Assembly (NCBI GenBank): GCA_002811645.1
Contig: PDIP01000003.1
Span: 372,001-436,000, forward strand
Length of the DNA stretch: 64,000 nt
Direction: 5' to 3'
From: Corallochytrium limacisporum Hawaii
Taxonomy: Eukaryota; Protista; Pluriformea
The position numbers and the translations under genes were made by a program. Under the pieces are notes generated by a model, which did not search any database, was not told the DNA's origin, and was given only the letters and a program-made list of their open reading frames with translations. Every line of letters starts with the position of its first letter. Position 1 is the first letter of the stretch. Shown here piece after piece: positions 31,965 to 42,156 of the stretch.

Positions 31965-33836
31965 ATGAGTTTCCAGCAGCGGGGACCGATGAAGGCTCCT
32001 CCTCCGCCTCTGGATCTACAGGGAAGCGGTGCCAATCGTCCGGAACTGATGAGGCAACAGAGCCAAGATGGTGCTGAACGTGCTATCACTGCATTGGCAC
32101 AGGTTGCTTTCCAGGAGTCGGTTGCACTGGTCGAGGGTCGCATTCAATTTGTTGACCGTAATCAGGTGCTCAACCAGCAAACAAACGGTGGACCTGGGAA
32201 TGCAAATGGGGAGGAAGCGAAGCCGCAGAGTACAGAGCCCTCGAAAGATTCATCTGCTTTGCTCCTGGATGTTCCAATGGCCGACATTGGCCTCTTGCTG
32301 AACAAGGAGCAGGAAGAAGAGTTGAAAAAGGAAGTGAAGCGCAAGGTCACCTATTTTGATGTCGACATTCCGACTCACAAACCATTCGGCGCCTTCAGCA
32401 AAAAGTTGGAGAAACTTTTCGCTCTCCCTCACGTTCCATACCTGTTCTCCTTTTACACGCCAATCACAGAGGGTTCCATCCAGATCAAGTTGAAATTTAA
32501 GAATCCGTACTACCAGCATGAGCCCGTCGAGCGGTGTGAGCAGTGTTCGAAAAAAGAGGAACCGCAGCCAGATGCGCCGAAGCACTTCGTGACCTGCACT
32601 GCCGATGAGCGCGGAGAATCGAACGCCGAACACACTATCACAGACGACGGACCGATCGTGACAATGCGATTCAACCTGCAACGAGAGGTTGCTCCACGAG
32701 TCAACACTGGATCTGGGAACGTGCACTGCGTGCAGCGTAACTTGAAGTTTGGATGCTTGAATTCTCATCTTGGTGGCAAAAACAAACGTGACCTTGAGAT
32801 CAACTTGAGCTTGCTATCCACAGAGGGAGTGCAGCTGGCAAGCAAAACCATAGACCTGAAGGTCTGCAAGCGACCCCAGCGTGATGCCGATCTCGAAGAG
32901 CAGGGCGAGGCCATGGAATCCGTGGATGCGATGGGGATGTACGGTAACGTTCCGCAGGGACAGCGTCCACCGCAGGAAGAGAAAGACAAGAGTAAAGAGG
33001 ATTGGCACCTTATCAAGGTCCGAGACTTCGAGGACTGGAAGCTTCTTAATCAAATGGCTGAAGCCTTGAGCTTTTTCCGGGAACATGTTCACAACGCATA
33101 TAGTCAGAAGCTTTTATCTGGGCAGAAGGGTGAGGACCAGGATATTGGAAGTAAACGGGGACCGCCGGACGCTGATGGGCCAGCAGCGAAGCTGCGCAAA
33201 CTTTCTCCTGAGGAGAATCAGCGCACGTTGTATGAATGGCTTGAGCGTAATGGCCTGAAACAGCTGCAACCGGTGTTGGCATCAAACAATGTCCATTCCT
33301 TCGATGATCTCTGGAGCATCTGTGCCAGTGAACAGGTCCCCTTTTTGCCGGGTGATGTCAAGCAGAAGATGAAAACTATTCTAGAGAAAGACAATCCACG
33401 GGCGGATGCAGTACGGGACGCATTCGAGAATGCCACCCGGCTGCTGTTGAAGATGGAGATAACCAAAGTGTTCGATCTCAATGACTCACAGGGAAACGCA
33501 TTCAAAGGCCTCCAACGCAACGCTGTCCCAACCCCTGCTGCACCGCTATCTGCAATTTTGCCATCTCCAGCCCGGTTTACAACCCAAAATGCCGATTGGC
33601 TCCTGCAAGCTGGAAGCCTGGACGAGCTTAACGTACGTTTTGCCAATCCTTTTAGTCCCCTTATCACTCCGGGACTACAGGCTGAATTGCTTAGTGGACA
33701 GAATCATTTCTTTGGACAGAACAGTTTGGACATGATCCACCAGCAACAGCAGACTAACGAGCGTCTTGGGATTGGCCTTAATCCCACTCATGTGCAGCAG
33801 CACCAGGAGCAGCCGACTCCTGACATCTTCTTCTAA
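31965..33836 (+). CDS. p53-family transcription factor with p63/p73-like architecture (DBD, tetramerisation, SAM, TI-like)
   Basis: FSKKLEKLF, EPVERCEQC, KFGCLNSHLGGKNKR, LKVCKRPQRD match p53 DBD boxes. HLIKVRDFEDWKLLNQMAEAL is a tetramerisation motif. TLYEWLERNGL starts a SAM domain. Confidence 0.9.
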   Translation: MSFQQRGPMKAPPPPLDLQGSGANRPELMRQQSQDGAERAITALAQVAFQESVALVEGRIQFVDRNQVLNQQTNGGPGNANGEEAKPQSTEPSKDSSALLLDVPMADIGLLLNKEQEEELKKEVKRKVTYFDVDIPTHKPFGAFSKKLEKLFALPHVPYLFSFYTPITEGSIQIKLKFKNPYYQHEPVERCEQCSKKEEPQPDAPKHFVTCTADERGESNAEHTITDDGPIVTMRFNLQREVAPRVNTGSGNVHCVQRNLKFGCLNSHLGGKNKRDLEINLSLLSTEGVQLASKTIDLKVCKRPQRDADLEEQGEAMESVDAMGMYGNVPQGQRPPQEEKDKSKEDWHLIKVRDFEDWKLLNQMAEALSFFREHVHNAYSQKLLSGQKGEDQDIGSKRGPPDADGPAAKLRKLSPEENQRTLYEWLERNGLKQLQPVLASNNVHSFDDLWSICASEQVPFLPGDVKQKMKTILEKDNPRADAVRDAFENATRLLLKMEITKVFDLNDSQGNAFKGLQRNAVPTPAAPLSAILPSPARFTTQNADWLLQAGSLDELNVRFANPFSPLITPGLQAELLSGQNHFFGQNSLDMIHQQQQTNERLGIGLNPTHVQQHQEQPTPDIFF

Positions 33837-34191
33837 GCCGCAGGGCGTCATTTTTAACTATTAAAAGCTTCAACGAACTGTATGCGTGTGGATCAGGTGC
33901 ATGAATCAATGTACAGGAAATGGACCATGCTCCCCTTCTTCCTCATTCCCAACCCCACCCGTGCAGGTGGAGGCTCAGGGAAAAAGCTAGCCATCCACAC
34001 CCGCACGTTCTGTTTTTCAAAACTGCGCTAGAAATTGAATGGGAAAGATTTTGCGAGTGCAACCCATTCTGCCTTCAGAGTGAATTGAAGGCTATTTTAC
34101 ATCCTCAGGCCTATTAAAGGAATGTGCACAAGAGAAGTGTTGAATCATCGCTAGAAAGGGCGTAAAGGGTGTTATCGCGAATGCAACCACC

Positions 34192-34824
34192 ATGCGGGTC
34201 TTTTCGCGTCTGCGGTCAGGGCCAGCGGTGTGGCGAATGCTGCTGCGTACTGAGCCACAATGCACGGGAAAAATTTCAACAGCCTCCAGGCGCATGTATG
34301 CAACACATAAAGATGGTCAGGCGGCGCCTAAGCAAAGCTTGTCTCGGTATCCAACAAAGCAACAGACCACAGCCGTTGGAACGGCACGCAAGGTTGTTGA
34401 GACTTCTAAGGATGTTGCTTATACAGGAGTAATTCTCGCTGGATTGGCATTTGTAGGCATTATCATGTACACTGTGACTAGTGAATTATTTAGCTCCGAC
34501 TCTCGGAATTCGATCTACCAAGACGCTCTTAAGAAATGCAAAGATAGTACGGAACTCATGGAGACCCTCGGAAGCGGTGTGAAGGCATTTGGGGAGGAAA
34601 CTCGCCGCGGTCGTAGGCGCCATGTTAGACACCAGGAATTCTGGGTCGGTGAAAGACAGTTCATGCGTTTGCATTTCTATGTTCAGGGAGAACGGGATCG
34701 AGGGACGGTGCATGTCGACATGGAGAAGAACGATAAGGGCAAGTACGAATACCGATTGCTGTGGGTGGAGGTGCCTGGTCAGGGCCTGCCCTCCAAGCAA
34801 ATTGTGATCCTGGATAACCGGTAA
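34192..34824 (+). CDS. TIMM21: Mitochondrial import inner membrane translocase subunit Tim21
   Basis: Presequence, YTGVILAGL TM, ELFSSDS, KAFGEETRRGRRRHV, MRLHFYVQG. Confidence 0.93.
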   Translation: MRVFSRLRSGPAVWRMLLRTEPQCTGKISTASRRMYATHKDGQAAPKQSLSRYPTKQQTTAVGTARKVVETSKDVAYTGVILAGLAFVGIIMYTVTSELFSSDSRNSIYQDALKKCKDSTELMETLGSGVKAFGEETRRGRRRHVRHQEFWVGERQFMRLHFYVQGERDRGTVHVDMEKNDKGKYEYRLLWVEVPGQGLPSKQIVILDNR

Positions 34825-34888
34825 TGAGGACGGGGCACTCTCAACTGTAATTGTAATATAGCCTTTTTAGGATTCCTTTTGTTTAAGG

Positions 34889-35416
34889 TCATGAGATTGA
34901 CGATGGTTCTGTCATATTGCTTCTCTCAAGACGCCGGCGGTTGATCTCGTCGATAGAGCTCTCGACGCCTGCCTCTCGAGTGCTCATCTGCTGCTGAAGA
35001 TACTGTAAAACAGTTTCTTGCCTATTGTAAACGTTATTTCCAAGTCGGTGTTGGACTTCCATGTGTTCTTTGGCACGCTGGACGTGAGCTATTGTGGCGG
35101 TGAGCTTGTCAATGTCCTCACTGCCTAGTGCCTCATGTGTGGCCGATGTGTCATAATCCTTGGTGCCACTCCCCGTAGTTGGTTCGGGCGGGCTCCCGGG
35201 ATCATTAGGGTCTGTGCCCAACTTTTTTCGTATGATAGCTTTAATTTCTGATTGACTTACAGATCCTATCTCCTCTTTGATCGACTGCAAGGCTGCCTCT
35301 TGCTCATGAGCAGCCAATGGGTCTGTCCCATCCGCATATGCAGCAAAGTCTAGCCCATGACCCAATCGCTTTTGCGCGATCTCAGAAGCTAAGGATCCAT
35401 GGTTTGGGGTAGACAT
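34889..35416 (-). CDS. BCAS2: Divergent pre-mRNA splicing factor SPF27/BCAS2 (Prp19 complex)
   Basis: LDFAAYADG...EAALQSIKEE resembles DALPYFD...AAALVEEE. IAHVQRAKEHMEVQHRLGNNVY...IDEINRRR resembles [22 protein letters not shown]...IQDLNWQRK. C-terminus short. Confidence 0.62.
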   Translation of the reverse strand: MSTPNHGSLASEIAQKRLGHGLDFAAYADGTDPLAAHEQEAALQSIKEEIGSVSQSEIKAIIRKKLGTDPNDPGSPPEPTTGSGTKDYDTSATHEALGSEDIDKLTATIAHVQRAKEHMEVQHRLGNNVYNRQETVLQYLQQQMSTREAGVESSIDEINRRRLERSNMTEPSSIS

Positions 35417-35666
35417 ATTGTGGAATGCAAGGTATTTTGGTAAACAACTCAGTCATGGACATGAAGGACAACGGAAGGCTCAAATGGGGCATTGAATAGC
35501 TGAGCGTATTCGGGGTTCAAAGAGTGGGTAATCACGATGAGAGAATTTTATTGATCTCTCGAGCCTAAAAGGTGGGAAAGATCCGTATATCAAAAGAGCA
35601 AATAACGATCGACTCTTATATTAACTGAGCTACTGGCACCATGGCCGGCATCTGGCCATCTAATTC

Positions 35667-36038
35667 TCACTCTATTACTTTTGAAGTGCCTGCATTTGCC
35701 ACAGTATTGCTACCAAACCGAGCATCATGCTTCTCTCTAGCGGCCCCAAGGGCGGCGTTGATCCTGTCCACATGCGCCCGGGACATTGGGACTTCGTTTG
35801 CCTTAATCTGGCGGTCGATGTCTTTGAAACTGAGCATACACACGCCAATGAAAGCCAGTAATGCAAACGTCTGTTGCGTATATATTTTGACCACATGCTT
35901 ATTTGTATGGATACGGACAATAGGGCTGAGGTCAATGGTAACAGGCGTCCGAGCGTCAACTGTAGGGTCCGAGCTCTCCCACCACATACTCTGTATTCGT
36001 CTGTGGGTCCGACGCAAAAGAGTCATTAAGCGTAACAT
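35667..36038 (-). CDS. Hypothetical small mitochondrial single-pass membrane protein
   Basis: Arg-rich presequence-like N-terminus (MLRLMTLLRRTHRRIQS), one hydrophobic helix (TFALLAFIGVCMLSF). No family recognised. Confidence 0.45.
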   Translation of the reverse strand: MLRLMTLLRRTHRRIQSMWWESSDPTVDARTPVTIDLSPIVRIHTNKHVVKIYTQQTFALLAFIGVCMLSFKDIDRQIKANEVPMSRAHVDRINAALGAAREKHDARFGSNTVANAGTSKVIE

Positions 36039-36929
36039 ATCGAGTCTGTGTCTATCATCAATACACTACAAACCTAGCCGGAGGAATATTGCAAGATGAC
36101 ACCGCAGGTTTGAAGACGTGTCCCGTTGGACAGTATTCCCCTGCACTAGATTCAGACTAGGATTGACAACCCAAGAAGTCCAAAATACGATGGTTCATCC
36201 AATTATCGCAGATCCCCTGAAGTACCGCAGCAACGTAAACAGTCTTTCAGAAATTCATGCTAAAAGGCGGGCTTCGTGTTGCTGGATTGTACCCGACCCG
36301 AGATCTGTACGGCTCTGTCTCCCGGCTCCCCGTCCCCCATCTCGAGACCCTCCTCCACACAGAAAATTAACACACACAATTATCCCACTCAATATCTAAC
36401 ACACATTTTTTCATACTCTCCTGAAATCAGAAATTTTGCCCCACAACTGAAATTGTAGGGAGGGTGGAATTTTTTCAATCCAACGAGAAGATAAATAAGT
36501 ACATTCAGTATGCCCATTGTGTCTCATCCCTCTGTGTACAATTGTACGTAGCTTCAGTATGGTCCATATATTTAGTATAAGGGGGTGATCCTCATAAAAG
36601 CCCTCCAGGGAGTGGGCAACGCTTCGATAGTGAGAGTATTGAGGAAGTGACCGTGGGGTACAGACTCTATGGATAGAGTAAGTCTCAACTGTGGATGGTG
36701 CTGGGCCATTCAGTACAGAGTCACTGGGCGGTGACCATGCAGAATGGCCCATGATACAGTTTGAGAGACCCTCTGTGGCCTCTATTATAGCAGCAATTAC
36801 TTTTCTGAACAATAATTATTTATACAGGTAAAAGAGATCAAACGCTATTTAAAATGCGAATTCACTTCTTGCTGTTCATATCGGTTTCGGGCCATTTTTA
36901 CGGGTTTATTCTGATAACATATTTACAAC

Positions 36930-37754
36930 ATGTCGGCAAACACCGCTTTGCTCGCCCCTAAGGAGGCTGATATCCTGAAGATGCTGGCCGCTGAGGTCCA
37001 CATCGGTACCCCCAACTGCGGTTTCCAGTTCGAGAAGTACGTGTACTCTCGTTCTGCTTCGGGACACCACATTATTAACTTCCGCAAGACTTGGGAAAAG
37101 CTCTTGCTGGCCGCTCGCGTTCTGGCTGCCATTGAGAACCCTCAGGACATCGTTGCTTTGGGATCCCGCACCATTGCCCAGCGTGCTATTCTGAAGTTTG
37201 CTGCCCACACTGGTTGCACCGCCGTCGCTGGCCGCTACACCCCGGGTACTTTCACTAACTATATTCAGCGCGCATACAAAGAGCCCCGCATTCTGGTTGT
37301 CCACGATCCCTACGTCGATCACCAGCCTATCGTCGAGGCCAGCTATGTTAACATCCCTGTCATTGCCTTCTGCGACTCTGACACTCCCATGAAGAACGTT
37401 GACATTGCCATCCCCTGCAACAACAAGTCTGTCCACTCCACTGGTCTGATGTGGTGGTTCTTGGCCCGCGAGGTCTTGCGCCTGCGCGGTACCCTGAACC
37501 GCAACACTGAGTGGGACATTATGCCCGATCTGTACTTCTACCGCTCTCCTGATGAGCAGCAGAAGGACGAAGAAGAGCAGAAGGCTAAGAATGCTGAGGA
37601 GCCTACTGCCTACGACGAGACTGTGGCCGCTGCTACCGGCTTCGATGCCGCTGCCGGATACACTGCGCCCGCCGACGAGAACTGGGGTGGCGACGGTGCT
37701 GACTGGGGTGCTACTACCGGTGGTGCTTCTGAGCAATGGGGTGCTGCCCAGTAA
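36930..37754 (+). CDS. RPSA: 40S ribosomal protein SA (uS2)
   Basis: [62 protein letters not shown]. Strong codon bias. Confidence 0.99.
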   Translation: MSANTALLAPKEADILKMLAAEVHIGTPNCGFQFEKYVYSRSASGHHIINFRKTWEKLLLAARVLAAIENPQDIVALGSRTIAQRAILKFAAHTGCTAVAGRYTPGTFTNYIQRAYKEPRILVVHDPYVDHQPIVEASYVNIPVIAFCDSDTPMKNVDIAIPCNNKSVHSTGLMWWFLAREVLRLRGTLNRNTEWDIMPDLYFYRSPDEQQKDEEEQKAKNAEEPTAYDETVAAATGFDAAAGYTAPADENWGGDGADWGATTGGASEQWGAAQ

Positions 37755-38492
37755 GATGTGATGATCAAGTGTTGTCTTATTTCCTGATCAGTTCATCAAA
37801 CTTTGGCAGAATCCATCTAACCGTTTCTTTAGTATCAAGGCATTGTAACATTCTTCGAAAAGAATGCCAGTTATGATCTTCGATCTTGCTGGTTTCATGA
37901 TGTTTCATGATTTGAAACCCACCTTTCATCATTTTTGCACAGTATTTTGGAATCATTAGTTTCCAATATTCGTCACATAGCATAGTTTCAATGATTTTCA
38001 TGCCGGTGCTCGCACTGATGCGAGACACCATCTTTATCAAATAATTAAAGTACATATCATGCAATCCTACTGGTTATACTTTGTCTTGAAACGTGATGAT
38101 GAACATGCTTGATTTTCTTTTGATCCTCAAGTCTAGGTCTAAGGGCAACAGACGACTCCATTATGGCAGCTTGCCATGACAGTGGCGAGTGACAAAGATC
38201 TTCATGGTTACGAAAGAGAAGTCTATGATTAGTATATTAAGTCATGCTTGTTTTAAGGGCATTACTTCCCTTTGAAGATGCTTTTTTAAAAAAGAATGTG
38301 TTAAAATTATGCAAGGTTGCGACAATATGGGATCATGAATCTGAATTATCAGACGACGATCTGCTATGATCATGTCACATACTATGATATGCTATGCCTT
38401 TGGTTTCCCAAAACAAGGTTTTGTTATTTACACACACCGCTGTGCGCTCATTCTAAAAGGAGTGATATAATATTTTCCGGTACCCTAATGAA

Positions 38493-38870
38493 TTATGCGG
38501 ACTTGACGGCGTACTTGCGCAGAGGGAAGGCAGCCTCCTTCTTCTTCTGGCGCAGAGTCTTGGCATTGCGCTGAGCAGGAGTCAGACGACGGCGGATGGC
38601 ACGGGTCTTCTTGGCGCGCAGATCCAGGGGCTTGTACTTAGCGTCGGCAGCAGCGGCACGGGCATCGCTCTTCTCCACCTGGCGCAGAACAGTGAGGACG
38701 CGAGCAATATCCTTGCGAGTGGCACCGATCTTTCCAACCTTGCCCTGCTGACCGCTAGTGACCTGAGCGACGCGCAGAGAAGCCAGCTCCTTCTTCAGAA
38801 CAGCAACCTGGCTCTTGAGCTCATCCTTGCTCTTGCTGCGGATTTCCTTAGCCTTGATTGACCCCTTCAT
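38493..38870 (-). CDS. RPL35: 60S ribosomal protein L35 (uL29)
   Basis: LKKELASLRVA, RKDIARVLTV, KPLDLRAKKTRAIRRRLT, FPLRKYAVK. Confidence 0.99.
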   Translation of the reverse strand: MKGSIKAKEIRSKSKDELKSQVAVLKKELASLRVAQVTSGQQGKVGKIGATRKDIARVLTVLRQVEKSDARAAAADAKYKPLDLRAKKTRAIRRRLTPAQRNAKTLRQKKKEAAFPLRKYAVKSA

Positions 38871-39854
38871 TGTGATTTATGTTTGAGTTTCCCTAACTAC
38901 AAAGGTACTGGTCTATTGGCTAATTGTAGGTCTAGATCCTTCAAATACTTCAAATAGCACATTACAAGGTTTATAGCGCTTGAGAATACACTCACTGAAA
39001 ATCCAATAGCCTCTACTGTCCTCCAATAACAAGACTACACTATGGGAAATGCCATACATTGCCACTGGACTAGCAGCGACTCGTACCATATGCCCCCGAA
39101 CTGCCTTGTGTACTGCCCAGTGCATTGGCGGTACCGTCGAACGGCTTCTCCGAGACTCTGCCTTTCGCTGGTACATTTACTATTGTGTCTGAGATGATCA
39201 GTACAATTACCATAGGAGAGTCGAACTGCCCCCATCCCAGTACTGAATCTATTCCAATGGCACTGCAAAGGGAACAAGGCGCACAGGGAAAAAGCCAGGA
39301 AATTCAAAGACGGAGACCCACTCGCCCCTCGCGAGCCTCACAGTCCTTTTGTGTGTGTTTTTCATTTTTCGTCGCCAAGAAAGGGGAGGTTGTGTGTTTT
39401 TTTAAGCCCCAGTCCCCGTCATTTCCTTGTTGCCCACGATGGTTGTAATTCGAATAATGATTGGGAGAGGGTATCAGTTTATATTCACGACCGTAGCAAA
39501 ACAACCTCGGTCAAAACCTCTTCCCTTTTGCTGCCTACGTTCGCCAGTGACGGTGGTGAACCACTACGGTGTACTAGTCCGAGGGGTACAGCCGAGGGAT
39601 AATTGGGCTGGTTGGGACTTTTAGTTAAAGTTCGCAATATTGCTCGAAACTTGCGTTGGGACGAGGTGTCGAATAGTCGGTATTCCTCGATGGAATGAGC
39701 CGGCACAATGGCTAATTGTACACGCGACTAACCGTAACGGTTATGTGTGGTACTAAAACGGCGAATGCACCGAGACCTTTTGGTGTGAAACTTTGCGATC
39801 AGTTCTTTTCACAGGGAAGACTCAATATCACAACGAAAAAACAGTTGGGAAATC

Positions 39855-40238
39855 ATGCTGCGGTTGGCTTCCACAACGGCTCGTATGGGCCGCCGGGCTA
39901 TGGCTCCTCGCGTCATGCAACAAGTTAGCAGACTAAGCACCACTGCTGTTATGCGGGCTGAAGCAAGGGATCCCCGTGACGTCCGCTTCGTCGATCAGGA
40001 AAAGCAGTTCAACAGCAACCCCGCGATGAATATCACGAGGGATGAGCCTGTATATGTCTCTAACAAACGTGTTGTGGGCTGTGAGGGTGGACACGCAGCA
40101 CTCGGACATCCCCTGAAGTTTATAAATTTGGATCAACCTCGGGTGCACAGCTGTGGCTATTGCGGTCGGGAGTTCGTCTACAAGGGCCATAAGTCTCTTA
40201 TCGCAGATCTGAGCAAGACTGCTCAGCTTGAAAACTAA
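39855..40238 (+). CDS. NDUFS6: NADH dehydrogenase iron-sulfur protein 6 (zf-CHCC)
   Basis: Presequence, RFVDQEKQFN, CEGGHAALGHPLKFINLD, CGYCG. Confidence 0.95.
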   Translation: MLRLASTTARMGRRAMAPRVMQQVSRLSTTAVMRAEARDPRDVRFVDQEKQFNSNPAMNITRDEPVYVSNKRVVGCEGGHAALGHPLKFINLDQPRVHSCGYCGREFVYKGHKSLIADLSKTAQLEN

Positions 40239-41517
40239 ATAGAATAGTATCAACATGACACCATACCATATTTTATCAAGGTCATCGTCTTGTCCTTCCT
40301 CTCATTGGCGATCTTGACCAAATGCACACTCCAATGTCGACTATTTCCAGCGCGGCCAACTCTCAGTTCGTGTTGACCGGCGACACACCTCCTTACCATC
40401 ACCTTGAATAACGCCATCAATACTGATGTCTCTGTGCTTGTACATCTACGTCCATTAGGCACCCCAGCAGCTACTGACCATTCGTCACGCCCTTGCAGCT
40501 GATGATCATTCCCGGGGCCTCCTCGTATTGATTCCCTTCCCCGGAGGGCCGGTGGGCCTCACTGGGAGCGCTTCGGCAGCGCGCTCCAGAGGGGCACCGC
40601 TTCATGTTGCCCTGCCATGACTTCCCCACTCTGCCCTTCTCCTTCAACAGAACTCGGGCCAATGACTATACTGACACCCCGCGGTGGCAAGGGTGAGGGA
40701 ACCCAAGACCCCCCCCCCCCCCGAGGGGGGGGCCACACAATTATCTCATTTGTGCTTCGTCATGGAGTTGCACGCAATACTGAACATATGGAGAATTCGT
40801 ACCAATCCACAGCCCGCCCCCTTCTTCTCACTTGCTTTCCTTTTCTCTGGTGTCGCGACTGTTTTTTATTCCCTGGCTAGTCGTTCTATTCGAATCACTG
40901 GCTGTACCTGACTGGCCATAGAACGCAAGCGCTCCACGAAAGAAAAAAAAAAATTTGAACGGGTGGGGGATGAGAGGGAAGAAAGGAGCGCGAAACGTGT
41001 CGCTCTCCCTCTCCCAGAATTTGAAGCAGTTCCAGTTCCCCTTTTCTCCTTTCCAGTCTCCCGGGTTCAAGCGCTACCCCCCCACTCACAGGCCCTATCA
41101 CCCACCGGTCCTTCCCTAGTCCACTGTACAGCGCCACACGCTTCTACCGTTTTTGCACCTTTCCTCTTGACGGCCGCTGGTGCCGGGACGAAGGGCACCA
41201 GCAGTTTGATGGAGGCCCGCACTTAAGATGAATGGAAATGGATCAGTGAGTCTCCGCCGGAGGGAGAAAAAGTGGGAGGATTTCTTTTGGGTCTTTTCCA
41301 TATGTGGGGGGCTTCTTGGAGCGAGCGTTGTTCAGCCACAGCCATACATTCAGACGTCGCGTTGGTTTTTCTTTTGGATTGTGATACGACTTCCAAATCT
41401 CTGACCACTCAGCTATTACAAAACCATGTAGATCACTGTTTTGTAGTATTCTTTCAAATTACACTACCTACAAATTTAGTGAAGAGTTTAGGGGTTGATT
41501 AGGAACAATAAGAAACC

Positions 41518-42016
41518 ATGTCGGGCGAGGGCAAGCCGGTAGGTATCAACAAATGTGCGAAGTCAATGCAGGGATGATTGATTGGAACGGGTTTGCTAAC
41601 AGAATATGCTGTTGATTGCTGTCAAATGTGAATTTAACGTTAACAGGAAACTTCCGGAGACACCAAGGAGCAGACCATCAATCTGCGAGTCAAGAGCAAC
41701 GACGGTGCCTCTGTCCATTTTCGTGTAAAGCGCAGCACTCAGCTGAAGAAGCTCATGACTGCCTACTGTGAGCGCCAGGGTATGAGTCTGAACACTGTGC
41801 GTTTCCTCTATGATGGCGAGCGCGTGCAAAACGAGGACACACCCAACTCAGTAAGTATCTTCAATGTTAATCACGATTCTACCCCCTTTCTTGCAGTTTA
41901 ACTAACTGGTGTTGATGACATGTTTTCTTCATTTTCTAAAGTTGCAAATGGACGATGATGAGATTATTGAGGTGTTCCAGGAGCAGGTTGGAGGAGGTTT
42001 TCGACAAACACTCTAG
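41518..42016 (+). CDS. SUMO: SUMO; 3 exons (41518-41538, 41647-41850, 41942-42016), not in the ORF track
   Basis: Spliced product MSGEGKP-ETSGDTKEQTINLRVKSNDGASVHFRVKRSTQLKKLMTAYCERQGMSLNTVRFLYDGERVQNEDTPNS-LQMDDDEIIEVFQEQVGG-GFRQTL. Introns are GTAGGT..GCTAAC..CAG and GTAAGT..ACTAAC..AAG, both phase 0. Confidence 0.97.
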
Positions 42017-42156
42017 TAATTTGCAAAAGGAAACCCAGAAAATATTACATGCGACAGCTGTCATCGTTTATGCATACAGATACCACAATGGAACTATCTA
42101 CAGTAACTACTATAAACGAATGTTCATTAACTTTAAACGATTGAACCTGGGAATGT

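Noticed and set aside
36906-37736. Long antisense ORFs over RPSA, ETFA, the NHE and others
   Set aside because: Shadow frames caused by the codon bias of the sense gene.
37755-38490. Box C/D snoRNAs between RPSA and RPL35 (several RTGATGA boxes, TCTAAGGGCA complementary to 18S, small hairpins)
   Set aside because: No box C/box D pair at a plausible spacing with a terminal stem, and the 10-nt rRNA match can arise by chance. A covariance-model scan would settle it.
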